Positions 33,301-47,952 of a DNA stretch of 54,002 bases are shown here, piece by piece. This stretch comes from Prorocentrum cordatum (lineage: Eukaryota): assembly GCA_963575745.1 (NCBI GenBank), contig CAUYUJ010000274.1:62001-116002 (forward strand), in the 5' to 3' direction. The position numbers were made by a program, and so were the translations under genes. The first letter of the stretch is position 1. The number at the start of each line of letters is the position of its first letter. Below the pieces are notes generated by a model. That model was not told where the DNA came from. It worked only from the letters and a program-made list of their open reading frames with translations, and did not search any database.

Positions 33301-33417
33301 GATGGGCCTGCTTTCCACCACCACCAGAAGTTGGAGGAGGAGGAGGAGGAGGAGGAGGAGGAGGAGGACCCCCTCCCCCTCCAACTTATGGTGGTGGTGG
33401 TGGAAAACCGGCCCATC
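33301..33417. mobile_element. MITE whose interior is a (GGA)n microsatellite (second copy 18281-18655)
   Basis: TIR GAYGGGCCTG.TTTCCACCACCACCA / TGGTGGTGGTGGAAAAC..GCCCATC. Confidence 0.7.
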
Positions 33418-34564
33418 ATCACAGGGCCCAGGGACCGTCGACGGCGACTGAGGATGAGATGGCGGTCCCGACGGAGCAGTCCAGACCTCTGGAAGACCGT
33501 GCTGAAGAAAAAAATGCGACGTCGAAGCTCTGGGTCTCACTCCGCAGCCGCCTCTGCCGCATGCACGCAAACCAGTCCTCAGAGTATGCACGCGGAGGAT
33601 GTAGGTGGGAAGGGGAGGCTGGCATTAGGTCGGGTTTGTCCTCCTACAGGCGGATTTTGAGAGAAAAATGAAGCGTAGGATTAAACTAACTCAGCAGGAT
33701 CAAAAGAGCACGAAACATTGTTCGCAGACTGTTGTTTCGCCATTCTTGAGCATTCCTCCTGTAGAGGGACCTGCCCGACCTCAGACTAGCGGACTGGGAC
33801 TTCCGACCGAGAAATCATGTCAGGCGCAGCTTGGTGACATACCATGGAATGAATCCATCCTCGATGGGGGTGTGTCCCCCTAGCCTCAATCGGGCCTGTA
33901 CCTCTACAGGACGAATATTCGAAAATAGTCAAACAATAAATAGTCTGAGGAGGATTGTTCGACTATTTCCTACTATGTTTGAATACTGTTGGGGTATGTT
34001 TGAATTCGCCTGTAGAGAGACATGCCCGACCTAAAAATTGCCCCCATGCGGGTGCATCCCCGGGTTCCCCCGCTCTTCTGCACGACCTCAGTTCTTGGGG
34101 GGCGTGACTCGGGCAACGGGGGGGCGAGAAAGCGCCTGCGAAGGAAGTAGGCGGGATCCGCCATCGTGGAGTGGCTGAATCGGACGTGATCAGAGCGTGC
34201 GCAGAGCCAAGCTACGTCGCCACGGAATCGAAGCGGACTTCAACTGGACTGCGCCGTGCAGGCATCGGGCCGCATCGGAGCGCGGGGGGATCGAGATCGA
34301 ACAGGGTCGGGCGTGGCAAGGTCGCCATCGAATCGGACCGATCGAAACGAGGTGTCCTAGCGCTAGGTGAACAGTTGAGAGGGACGCCCATCCTTACCCT
34401 GCCCCCCGTTGCACGCCACTCGAAGCCACCTCAAACCCGCTGCGGAAAAACACAACCACCCCAACACAAAGCCCTCTGACACCTGCCTCCCCTTCCTTCC
34501 TCTCCCGCAAGGTAGGTGGGGGGCGGGCTCCACAGGACGCCGGTCCTGGCCGGGCCTGTCCCCT

Positions 34565-35885
<1,321 letters not shown>

Positions 35886-36360
35886 GTTATAGTCACCACC
35901 ATCAATAGCAGTCTCGCCATCCCGGGGCACCCATCCGCACAGCATAGAAGCCAGCGCGCGCGAGCGCGCGCGCGCAAGCGCCAGCGTCCTTGGACGCGTC
36001 CAGCTGCGCGAGGAGGTTCGGAGGCGCCATGGCCCGCCTGCGCCGGGCCAACTCTGCCCACGCCCCCGCCGCTGCTGCCTGTGCCGACGCTGCAAGCGGC
36101 TGACTACAGGGGCTCCCCGAACGCAAGAAGTCCTCCTCATCCTGGTCCCCTCCTCCTCCTCCTCCTCCTCCTCCTCCTCCTACTCCTCACCTCCTCCTCC
36201 TCCTCCTCCGCCTCCTCCGCCTCCTCCCTCCCTCCCTCCCTCCTTCCATCCCTTCCTCCTATTCCTCCTCCTCCTTCGTCTCCTTCTCCTCCTCCTCTTC
36301 TTTTTCTCATTATTAATAGTATTATCAGCGTTCTTGTTCACAGTATTACTACTCGGATGC

Positions 36361-36995
<635 letters not shown>

Positions 36996-37872
36996 ATAGA
37001 TTTGTTCTTCCTGTTCACATTCGTATAGTTATTCTGTTAGTACTATTAGTAATATTACTATGAGTAGTATCCTTAGTGCTACTGATAGCTATGCGAGTGG
37101 TTCCTTATTTGTCGTAATATCATGATTCTTGTTGTTCGTACTAATCTTAGTACCATCCAGATTACCATTACTATTGGCATTACTATTGCTAACATGGCTC
37201 ATCCTGCCATTATGATTCGTCTTACTATTATTGTGAGTAGCATATGAGTGTTCACGTGTTAACAGTAGTAGCATTATCAGGACTCGCAGTCTTAATAGCA
37301 CTATTGTTCGTTTGCTTATTCGTATTCATATTATTCGTAATACGAGTATGTTGATTAGTATTGCTCGCGTGCTCCTTATTATTAGTGTTCTTATTAGTAG
37401 TAGTCCGATTCTTCCTCGTATAACTATTATTCGCATTATCTTTAGTATCAGTATTATTATTCGTATGCTTAGTGGCGTTAGTATTGATACTGTGTGTGTC
37501 GTGGTCTTATGATTTCCTCGTATTAATATTAATGTTCCTCTTCTTCCTCCTCCTCCTCCTCCTCCTCCTCCTCCTCCTTCCCCTCCTCACCCTCCTCCTC
37601 TCCTCCTCTCCTCCTCCTCCTCCTCCTCCTCCGCCTCCTCCTTCCTCCTCTTTTCCTCCCCCGCCCTCCTCCTCATCCCCTCTTCCTCCTCCCCTCCTCC
37701 TCCTCCCTTCCCTTTCTCCTCCTCCTCCTCCTGCTGTTCCTTCTCCTCCTGTTCCTGCTCATGCTCCTGCTCTTGTTCCTGCTCCAGCTCTTGCTCCTGC
37801 TCCTGCTCCTGCTCCTGCGCCTGCTCCTGCTCCTGCTCCTGCTCCTCCTCCTCCTCCTCCTCCTCCTCCTCC

Positions 37873-38358
37873 TGGTTTCAAAACGTTGCTCTCGCCTCAG
37901 CGCCGCGCACAATCGTCAAAACAGTATCGGTTACAAAAAACGGAGGTCGGCTCCTGTACAAAAATCTGGTTCCCGTCTTACCGCCGCGCACTTCGTCGTA
38001 AACGTTTGCATCAAGTTCAAATGTTCGTATGGCCGAAATCCCAAGCAGGATGTTTCTGGCACGATTTAGGATGGTCAGGACGCAACAGATCACGTGGACT
38101 CGCGGCGCTGTAGTCCCAAACATGGCGTTTTGGCACGATTTAGAATTTTGTCAGCACGCGGCAGGCACTTTGATTCGCAGCTTTGAAGTCCCACGAAGTG
38201 CGGTCGGGCACGATTGAGGATTCTCAAAGGCTTGTCTTCCAATGAATGGCGTCCCGAAATCAATAAACATAATTTCTTGCAGTGACATACGCACAAGGAG
38301 CTTGGAGGGAGGGCTCATTGCAACATCGTTGATGCGCTTTGGCTTCACGATGGTCCCA
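37873..38358 (+). repeat. R78 dispersed repeat, copy 3 (5'-truncated)
   Basis: CTCTCGCCTCAGCGCCGCGCACA and GGCACGATT units; the 3' end matches 5890-6015. Confidence 0.75.
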
Positions 38359-39006
38359 CATCCTCCTCCTCCTCCTCCTCCTCCTCCTCCTCCTCCTCGT
38401 CCTCCTCGTCGCCGTCGTCGTCTTCCTCCTATTCCTCATCCTCCTCCGCTTCCCTGCTCCTATCGGATGCTGCCAGCGGTGTCTCTGGCCCAGGGTGCCC
38501 CCGAGACTTCCAGGGAGGTCCCACGCGGCCGCCATGAGCGCCCCTCGCGACGCCCCGAGCACCGCAAGGGCTACAAGATGGCGCCAAAAGCCCGGGACAC
38601 CTAGGGCCAGGGACACCTGTATCATCCCCCGATCCTCGCTCCTTCCCCTCGCTGCTCCCTCGCGCGCGGCTTTCTCGGATCCTCGCGGACCTCCGGCATA
38701 TTAAGCTTAGATGTCTGCCTCATTCTTTTTCGGCCCCTCGCTCCTCCTCGCGAATGCACCGAAGAGGGGGGTCAGCGCATCATGGTCGCGGCATGTGCGC
38801 GATCGAAGGGGGGGCCAGGGAACGCGTTGAAACAATGATAACAAAGCCCTGCATGCCAGGCGGCGCCCTCGGCGGGGCGCAGCTAGGTATGCAAGGCCCG
38901 AAGCCGTCAGGCTCCGCTTACCATCTGAGTGCCCCTGGCGGGGAAGGAAGTTGATAATGCATCTCCTCTTCCTTTGAACCTGCAAGGGCGCCCTGCGGAA
39001 TCAGTG

Positions 39007-39177
39007 TCGGCGGTGGACAAACCTCCCTTTAGTACACCTCCCCTTAGTGAAAACGGCCTGGGACCGAAACCGACGGACCTGGACCCGCAAAAATGACGGC
39101 CGCGACGCCCTCTCGCGATCCGTAAACGGCCAATTCCTTAATCGACGTGTCAGGGTAGGAGGTCTATCCATCTCCGA
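39007..39177. mobile_element. ~171-bp MITE with TCGG...CCGA ends and 5-bp TSD (copies 21325-21496, 44314-44484)
   Basis: TSDs CAGTG/CAGTG, ATCCC/ATCCC and CATCC/TATCC; TIR TCGGNGRTGGAYARACC. Confidence 0.85.
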
Positions 39178-40353
39178 CAGTGTTAGGCGGCGGGGCACAT
39201 GTGACAGCACACCATCACTCACAGCATGTCACCTTTGCCAGCGAAGGACGGACGGACGGACGGACGCCGCTGCCGTGGCGGCGTCCGTCCGTCCGTCCCG
39301 CGCCGCGAGGACGACGGCGGGGAGGCCGTGGCCCCTAAGATGCACAAGTGATCGTTTAGAATTCGAACTTCATGGGCTCACCTCAGCTCTGCTCTCATGG
39401 GCTCACCTCACCTTTTCTCAGCAGAACGTAAACAAAACAACAGTCATGGTATCATCTACACAACGCTGGCCCTCAGCCCCCGTGGGCGACCCCGAGCCTC
39501 GCGTCGCTCCTCCCCTCTCCGCCTGCCCTTCCCCTCCCCCTCCACTGCCGCCGCCGCCTCCTCCTCCTCCTCCTCCTCCTCCTCCTCATCCTCATCGATC
39601 CTCATCTTTCTGTCTCCCTCATGAAAAAGCGACTGCGACGCCCCCCCTCCTTCGTCCCCTTCCCTCTTCTCCTGCCTGCTCTTCCCCCTCCTCCTCCCCC
39701 CTCCCCCTTCCTCACCCTCCTTCCCTCCTCCCCCTCCCCCCCCCCCCCGCCCCTCCATTCCTCCTCCTCCTCCTTTTCCTTTTCCTCCTCCTCCTCCTCC
39801 TCCTCCTCCTCCTCCTCCTCCTCCTCCTCCTCCTCCTCCTGCCCCCCTCTCCCCCCCGTCCTCCTCGCATGCTGGCTACGGTCCCTCATTCTTGCTTGGG
39901 GGCGCAACCTGCGCGCACCCCGCGCCGGCCAACCGCCGCAGGGGCGCCGCCGAGGCCCCCCCTCCCGGGCCCTCGCGCGCGCTGCGACGCGCGGCCTTCG
40001 GGGCGCGGCGCGGGCGAGCGGGCCGCGCGGGCCGCGCGTGGATGTGCGGCCTGCCTCCCGCAAGACCCGTTTCCCTCAGGACCTGCTTCCCCCCTTGCCA
40101 ACTAGGGAGGGGGGCGTCGACGGGGGGCAGGAGGGGGTCCAGGATCGAGGAGGGATGGGGAAGGGATCGAGGAAGGAGGGAGCGGGGAGGATCGAGGAGG
40201 AGGATCGAGGCGGGGAGGGAGCGGGAGAGGAGGGCGACGAAAGCCGAGGGCGAGGAGAGCGCGCCGAGTGGCGGAGCGTGCGCAGAAAGGCCCAGGGAGC
40301 GTCCCTTTCCCCAGCCCTTCCTACACAGCTCCACTTTCCTCCTCCCCCTCAAT

Positions 40354-40900
40354 TCCTTCTCCTGATAAACAACTTCTCCCTGTCGCACCCCGAGGCCTGT
40401 TTTCGGGGCGGGCCGGGCGTTTCGCCTGAGACTGCCTCACCACGTGTGACCCTCAAGCTGAAAGATTGGCAACAGTTTCACAGATGGAGGGCGGTTCCTT
40501 TTCAACATGTGGCTTTCGCCTCAGCGCGGCGTACATTCGTTTTAGACCACTGCAAGAGCTTCACGGATTGAGGGCAATTCCTTGTCAAAATGTGGCTCTC
40601 GCCTTAGCGCCGCGCACATCCGTTTACATAAGTTTCAAGAGTTTCACAGATTTACATCACCACAGTACCAGAAATGGTGTTTTGGACGGATTCTGGATTA
40701 TGCGGGCGCAATAGATACGTTGACTCTCTGTGTTGAAGTCCTAAGAATGGCGTTCTGGCACGATTCAGGACCGTCAAGACGCAACAGTCAGGTTGATATG
40801 TGGCGTTGGAATCCCGAGAACAATGTCTTGGCATGCTTCAGGGTCTTCAAACGGGCGTCTTCAAACGAGGCAGTTCCATCAATGGAAATGGCCAAGGCTT
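40354..40900 (+). repeat. R78 dispersed repeat, copy 4
   Basis: ATAAACAACTTCTCYCTGTCGCACCCCGAGGCC start shared with 4476; collinear with copy 1. Confidence 0.85.
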
Positions 40901-41807
40901 TCTGATAGCGCGCATCGTTCGATGCCGGCCGATGTCGATAGGCTGCGACATCCGAACCCCGCCCCCGCCAACCATCGTGTCTCCCGAAGTCGGGCTCGGA
41001 TTGGGGAGACCCAAAGGTACCCATGGTGCTACTCCCAGGAGGAGGAGGAGGAGGAGGAGGAGGAGGAGGAGGAGGAGGAGGAGGAGGAGGAGGAGGAGGA
41101 GGAGGACGAGGAGGACCGAGGAAGAGGAGGAGGAGGAGGAGGAGGAGGACCGGGGTGCGTGCTGCCTAGGACTTCGAGGCGACGCCGGCGGTGGCGACGA
41201 GGGCCTCCCCGGGAGGCCCGAGAAGGGGAGAACGGCCGCAGGGTAGCGTTATATGGGCACCTTTTCCGCCTCTGACGGATTGCCTGAATCGTGGATCGGC
41301 GAGGGTCGGGTTAGGTCGGGCATGTCCTCCTACAGGCGGATTTTGGGAGACACTTTCTTTTCCGTCAAGACACAAAGAAGAGCAAAACAGATGTCAAAAG
41401 AGCACGAAACATCTGGGCCTGACTATGTGTTGCTATTCTTGGCTATTCCTCCATGCCCGACTCACGGGTACAAGGAAAGCGTATATAGTAAGGCCGCGTG
41501 GCAAGGACGCAAGACCCTCGGAGGCCGAAGCTGAAGTATCCTGGGCGGCAGGCGGCCAAACCCCCAGGGAGCCTGAGAATGACTACCTACCAGACCACCC
41601 CAACCCAACCCGAAGACCCGAATTTCGGGTTGGGGGGGGGGTAAGGGTTCCACATGTGCTTTTTCGATGTTTCCCGACCCCCCCCCCACTGGAAATCGAG
41701 GGTAAATCTGAGCCTTCGGGTTGGGTTGGGGTGGTTTGGTGGGTGGTGAGAGAAGCTGGCCTGCGAAAACTGCCAGGGGCGGGCCGCAGAGGCCTGAGGC
41801 AGGCACT

Positions 41808-42107
41808 GGCCAATCGCTCGGACGCCCATTTCCTGTGCCTGTTTCGGTTTCGTGCGTGGTTTTTTTTTTTCGCGAAATGATCAAGGATGCTCCTCGATGG
41901 TCCTCGCCGAAGGAAAAATTGAAGGGGCCCCAGGACACACAAATAAATACACACAAATGAAAATCTTCCCCATATTTTCCCATATTTTCTGGGTTTCTGT
42001 CTTCCCCCCCACTTCCCATATTTTCCCATATTTTCTGGGAAATCGCCGATTCATTGTGTCTGTGTGTTTCTTTCCCTCCTGAAAAATGCACACGTCCGAG
42101 CGTTGCC
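41808..42107. mobile_element. MITE, TIR GGCCATCGCTCGGACGT (uninterrupted copies ~1036-1120 and ~29016-29145)
   Basis: TIR pair ATCGCTCGGACG / CGTCCGAGCGWT, three copies; this one carries the nested 41923-42079 insertion. Confidence 0.75.
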
Positions 42108-43416
42108 AAGGGCAAGGACCCAAGGGAACCCTTGAAAGAGTCGTTGGTCCTTACCATGCGCGTGGACTGCAGGGTTTGGCCTTCGCCGCCGAGACGGGCC
42201 ACTGGCGGCGCTCCTCGGGAATCTGCCGACCCGCGGTCAATCCACACCGGGGTCAGTCGGGCCCTGCGAGATCCCGCAGGATCCAGCCACAAAAACCAGG
42301 TCAGTGCACCCTGGCCTGGCAGCATCCTGCAGGAGCCTGCGCTCTGACCGACCTCCCTGTGCATTGACCCCCGTCTCTTCGACGCCCGAGTTCTCCCCAA
42401 CAGCCGCGATCCGACCCCCCGTCTCTCCGGCGCCCGAGTTCTCCCCGACCACCGCGATCCAAGACGACTCTGGCCGCGGCCCCCGAGGCGAGAACATGTT
42501 CCGAGACCCCACGCAGCGACAACAACAAAACAAAACAAAAACGCAACATCTCGCAGCAGATCACGCCTGGAGCCCTGGACCCCCCCTCTCCCTGCATCCT
42601 TTTGCTCGCGCCGCATCGACCTGCCGGGGCCCCCGGGGCCCCGCAGAGCTCGAGCACGCCCCGCCCGGAAGAGAGCCCATCTTGAAGGGGAACTGGAACA
42701 CACAAATAAATACACACAAATAAAAATATCCCCCATATTTTCCCATATTTTCTGGGTTTCTGTCTTCCCCCCCACTTCCCATATTTTCCCATATTTTCTG
42801 GGAATCGCCGATTAATTGTGTCTGTGTGTGTTTTTTTTCCTCCTGCTTCGGGGCCCCGGTCTGCGGAGCCCCGGCGCTCTGCCTCGAGCACCCCCGCGCA
42901 GGCGCGCCGCCGGCCGCGCGGCCCGCGGGGCGCGGGCAGGGCGCCCCCGTGGCGCGCGCAGCTTCTGCGCTGTTCGGAGGCCTCCTGGCCGCTGGAAGGG
43001 CAGAGGGGATCGAGGACAGAATTGAGGTCCTCGTCGTCCCACTTCTCCTCCTTCTCCTCCTGCTCTTCCCCCTCCTCCTCCCCCTCCTCCCCCTCCTCAC
43101 CCTCCTTTCCCTCCTCCCCTCCCCCCCCCTCCCATCCTCCTCCTCCTCCTTTTCCTTTTCCTCCTCCTCCTCCTCCTCCTCCTCCTCCTCCTCCTCCTCC
43201 TCCTCCTCCTCCTCCTACTCCTCGTCTTCCACCCGTATAATAAGGGAGACGTTAGTGCTCTGCCACTCGGAGAAATTTGCTGGAGATGGCGATCACAGGA
43301 TCTCAGTGACGACGGCGCCAACGAGCAGGTCTGGAACCTGGGGCCTTACACACAACTCCTCAGCCCCCTGGGCGCCGCTGCGTGACGGGACCCCCGAGCA
43401 TCAAGCCGCCATCCCA

Positions 43417-43601
43417 CAGTCAACCCGTGTAGTAAAGATGCGCGGCAAGGATTGAAGGGTCTTGGAGGACCACATTAACGTTTTCACGTTTTCCGAACGA
43501 GGTTGGCCAGCGAAATTCGACAAGGATGGGCCGAAGAGGCAAGGACGCAAGGGGAGTAGCCTTGGAAAGTTGCACATCCTTACTACTATGCGGGTTGACT
43601 G
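43417..43601. mobile_element. Tc1/mariner-pogo-type MITE (CAGTCAACCCG TIR)
   Basis: CAGTCAACCCGTGTAGTAAAGATG ... CATCCTTACTACTATGCGGGTTGACTG followed by TA. Confidence 0.7.
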
Positions 43602-43603
43602 TA

Positions 43604-43737
43604 CCCCAAAATTCATTTTCCGTCGAATCTACGAGATATAAAAATAACAACAACAAAGTAAACAAAAAAAAACGTTCCGTGCATCCACGGGGCATTATGC
43701 GCATGTTGTGTAGATTCGACGAAAACCAATTCTGGAG
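43604..43737. mobile_element. Stowaway-like MITE, TA TSD
   Basis: TA-CCCCAAAATTCATTTTCCGTCGAATCTAC ... GTAGATTCGACGAAAACCAATTCTGGAG-TA. Confidence 0.7.
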
Positions 43738-46700
43738 TAGTCAAGTCTGCAATTGACCCCCGACTCGGAGGAATCGGGAGCGGCCAAGAGAGGGGTGTCC
43801 AAGAGGCGGGGGTGCAAATCATGACCGGCGGCATGTGCGCGGCCCAGCGGGGGGGCCAGGGACGTAATGAAATAAGAAGAAGCGCCACGAATTCCGGGGA
43901 AATATCATGGCCCACGCCACGATATCCACCCCCCCCTAGTCATCACCCCCCCTTTTGCCGCCCCCGAGAAGGCGGGGGCGGGGAGAACTCTCTTTGTTTG
44001 TCCTGGAGCGCCCCAGCCGCGAGAAGTATACGACGACGAGGCCGGGACGAGGACGCATCCGGACGAGGCCTCGTGGAGAATCCCTGAGATCCCGCGGCTC
44101 TGCGGGGTACATCCTCGGCGGTGGACAAACCTCCCTTTACAGAGAGAACTATGCACATGCACCGATTCTGGCCAGGTCCATCCTGAGCCCAAGGTCTTGC
44201 ATACGCCCTCCCGCCTTGGCCAGGAAGGCATACGCACTGATCCTGGGGCCAAGGATGGGCCTGGCCAGGACCGGTGCATGCGCATAGTTCTCTTCGCCCG
44301 AGAAGATGCATCCTCGGCGGTGGACAAACCTCTCTTTAGTAAACCACCCTTTAGCGAAAACGGCCCAGGACCGAAACCGACGGACCTGGACCCGCAAAAA
44401 TGACGGCCGCGACGCCCTCTCGCGAACCGAAAACGGCCAATTCACGAATCGACGTGTCAGGGTAGGTGGTCGATCAAACTCCGATATCCGTCGCCCTGCC
44501 CTTGTCAGAGCGTTCCGGAACGCTCTGAGAGCGTTCTGGAACGCTCCGGAACGGATCTATCCTCGTCCCAGCTCCGTCAGAAGGAGAATGGCGGAAGGGG
44601 AAGAGCAAGAGGGAGGGCGAAGAGAAGGGAATTCTGGCAGCTAGGGATCCTTGGCCTGACGGCCAACCCGGTGTCCAGCCCTTTCTTGATTCAAAAAACG
44701 CTGGGGACAGATTTTCCAGTTTTCAACTACTCGGTTCTCGGCAAATCAAAACAAAAACGACAACCCAAAGCAATGGAACACATGCGATACAAAACGGATC
44801 CGAACCGAAAACGGCTCGAACGAGAATCCCAAAACGGAGGAACAAAAAAAACGTCGACCTTGAAAGCAAACAACATCCCGAAGGGCTGGGCAGGAGTGCG
44901 CGCTGGCCGACCATGGCCCCAGTTGTGCCCGAGCATGACAGGGGTGAGGGGTAGTCAGCTTTCCACGCTCCAGGGCAACTGTAAGCTTCAACGGTGACGT
45001 CAAAATGGATCTGGTCATCCATGTCAGAGGTACGGAAGCACACTTTTGGCGGTGTGCTGCTGAGGGCAAGGCTCGCCCTAATCTTAGGATGCCTTGAGCT
45101 CTGAATACCCCGTGCAAGCCGCTCTTTGCAGGGCGCAGGAGACAAATCGTCTAATGCTCCGTGTCGGCCTCTGCGAGAGCAAGCCCCCAGAATGGGATGC
45201 CAAAAGATCCCAACAGAGGGGCAGAAGGAGCATGCCATGCGCTTCTCCCCCCCGCCGCAAGCACACCTGACAAGTCCGGCACTGCCTCGGCCCGAGCGTC
45301 CTGGCCCTCTTCTCGGACGACACATGCGCACGCCTGCCACCCGAGATCGGGAGGATACCTCGGAGTCGGAGTCTCCATCCGATGCTCTTTTCGGCTGCCC
45401 TCCACGCCCCAACCTCTGGGCAGCGCGAGTTGGATTGGGGTGGAGTGGTGATTCGGAGTACGTCGAGGCTCGGCCCGACCGGGTGTCTTGCTGTAGAGCT
45501 TTCCGTTGATGCCAACTGAAGGGGAGCGCTGAGCTGGACAGGCACAAGTCTACAGTCATCGTGCTCTCATTAGAAGCCCTGGCTCGGGAACGAAGGGGCT
45601 TTCTGGTGTCTGGCAACGGCGAACTTCTGCCACGAACAGGGTCCTCAAAACCAGAGCCCCTCCTGAACTGAAAGCGGTCCTTATTCCAGCGTCTTGACGG
45701 CATCGGTGGCGGCGGATTGGAGGTTCCCAGGATGGCGGAAGGGCTGCATCGCTCATCATTGCCGATCGTTCGGACGAAGTGGGCAGAGACATGCAGCAGG
45801 AGCGCGTTGGAAGTAGAGTGGGTGTCGGCCCCCCCGCCTCCCCCCCGAAAAAGAAAGGCCAAGGGGAAGCCGTTCGATTACTGAACCCGCAAGGCGCCTG
45901 CCTAAAAACTGTCCTGGGACCCAGGAGTAAAAAACGAACTCGGCGAGCGACAGGTCGCACGCCGAGGCCGCCAGGGGCTCCTGGTCAGTGCCGAGAGGCG
46001 TGGGCCTCGGTCATCAAGAGGTCCGCGCGCGCGCCGTTGCTTCGCTCCGTCTAACTCTCTCTCTCTCTCTCTCTCGCTTTCTCTGTGTCTGTCTCTTTCG
46101 CGTTCTCTCTCTCTCTCTCTCTCGCTCTTTCTGGCTGCATACAGGTACGCACGTGTACACACAGATGCATGCACTCATAAGACGTATGTCCGCGTCCATC
46201 TTCTCTTCGTCCGCCTCGAGCTGTCAAGCTTGGGCGTCGTCGCTGCCTCGGGTAAGCCTATCTTCCCCTCGTCCGCCTCGAGCTGTCGAGCGTGGGCGCT
46301 GCCGCTGCCTCGGGTAGCTTCCTCGTGTCCGCCTCGGGCTGTGAAGTTTTGGCGGCATCGCTGCCTCGGGTCTGCCCGTCGCTGTCGCGGAGGGGAGGAG
46401 AGCAGGAGGCGGGGGAGGAGGGCGGGAACCAGGGCGGGGCGGGGGGGGGGAGGCATTGATATTGATGGGCCGGGGGCCTTGCGCCAGGCATGCTCACGAC
46501 TGGCTACTAGCTGCTGATGGGAAGGGTCAGGAGGAGGAGGAGGAGGAGGCGGGGGAGGAGAAGGAGGAGGAGGAGGCGGAGGAAGGGGAGCGAGGAGAGG
46601 CAAAGAGGAGGAGTGAGGAGGAGGAGTGAGGAGGCGGAGGAGCAGGCGGAGGAACGGCCGGGAGGAAGACGACGACGACGACGACGACGAACACGACGAC

Positions 46701-47830
46701 GACGAACACGAGGCCGAGGCTGGCGGAGCGGAACAGAGCGTCGCGCGCGACGCGCTGACAGGCGGGGGCTCTCAGCCGCCGCCCCACTGCACGCCGACGG
46801 TGTACTGCTCGCGCCAGATCTCGACGGCCTTCTCGTCGACCAGTCCTCCCCTGCGTCCTCCTCCCCCTCCTCCTCCTCCTCCTCCTCCTCCTCCTCCTCC
46901 TCCGCCTCCTCCTCCTCCTCCGCCCTACGCGTGGGCACTGGGTACCGTATCCTGGTACTCAGTCTTCACGTACAGGGCACACTATCAGGGCTGCCCGCTG
47001 CAGCAGGCAAGGATGGAAGCAACCGGGTCCAATTTTCGGAACCAGCGGCAAGCAGATTGCTTGTCCGCATGTGGCGCCTTAGCTGCGCCCGTGGCCTGGA
47101 GGTGGGTACCAACCACGGGGATTGCGCATTTGGTCGGGAGGCGGGGTCGTGTGGCCCGTGAACCCCATGGGACCTTGTGTCCACCCGCCCTGGGCTTGTC
47201 GTATTCGTACAGTCCAGTTGCGCATGCCGCTCGATTCGGCAGGGTTGGTTGTGGTTTTCATGGCCGAAGAACCTGAAATAACGGTGAAGGCTTCAGGGGA
47301 CCCTGCCACCCTACGCACCGAGCCGTCTCGTGCGGGCAGCGAGTCACGGCCGACGTGATCGTCTCACCGTTCCTAGGTCTGCTTGTTGGGAAGACATCGT
47401 CTTTTTACAGTCTTCAGTCTTCAGTCCTCCTCCTCCTCCTCCTCCTCCTCCTCCTCCTCATCATCATCATCCTAGTCCTCTCCCTCATCCTTCTCCTCGT
47501 CCGTACGTCTTCCTCCTCATCCTCCACGTGCTCGCTGTCTTCCTCCTCCTCCTCCTCCTCCTCCTCCTCCTCCTCCTCCTCCTCTTCCTCCTTCCTCCCC
47601 CTCCTCCCTCCTCATCCTCCTCCTCCTCCTCCCTCCTCCTGCTCCTCTCCTCCTCCTATCCATCCACCTCCTACCTCCTCCACCTCCTCCTCCTCCTCCT
47701 CCTCCTCCTCCTCCTCCTCCTCCTCCTCCTCCTCTCCTCCTCCTCCTCCTCCGCCTCCTCCTCTTCCTCCTCCTCCTCCTCCTCCTCCGCCTCCTCCACA
47801 CTCATCATCATTCAGCATCATCATCATCAA

Positions 47831-47869
<39 letters not shown>

Positions 47870-47895
47870 ATCATCATCATCATCATCATCATCAG

Positions 47896-47952
<57 letters not shown>

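Noticed and set aside
44723..45990. 379-aa minus-strand ORF, or a very decayed APE fragment on + (GTKGLSGV...RAPPELK)
   Set aside because: There are no convincing motifs and the similarity is too weak to call without a search.
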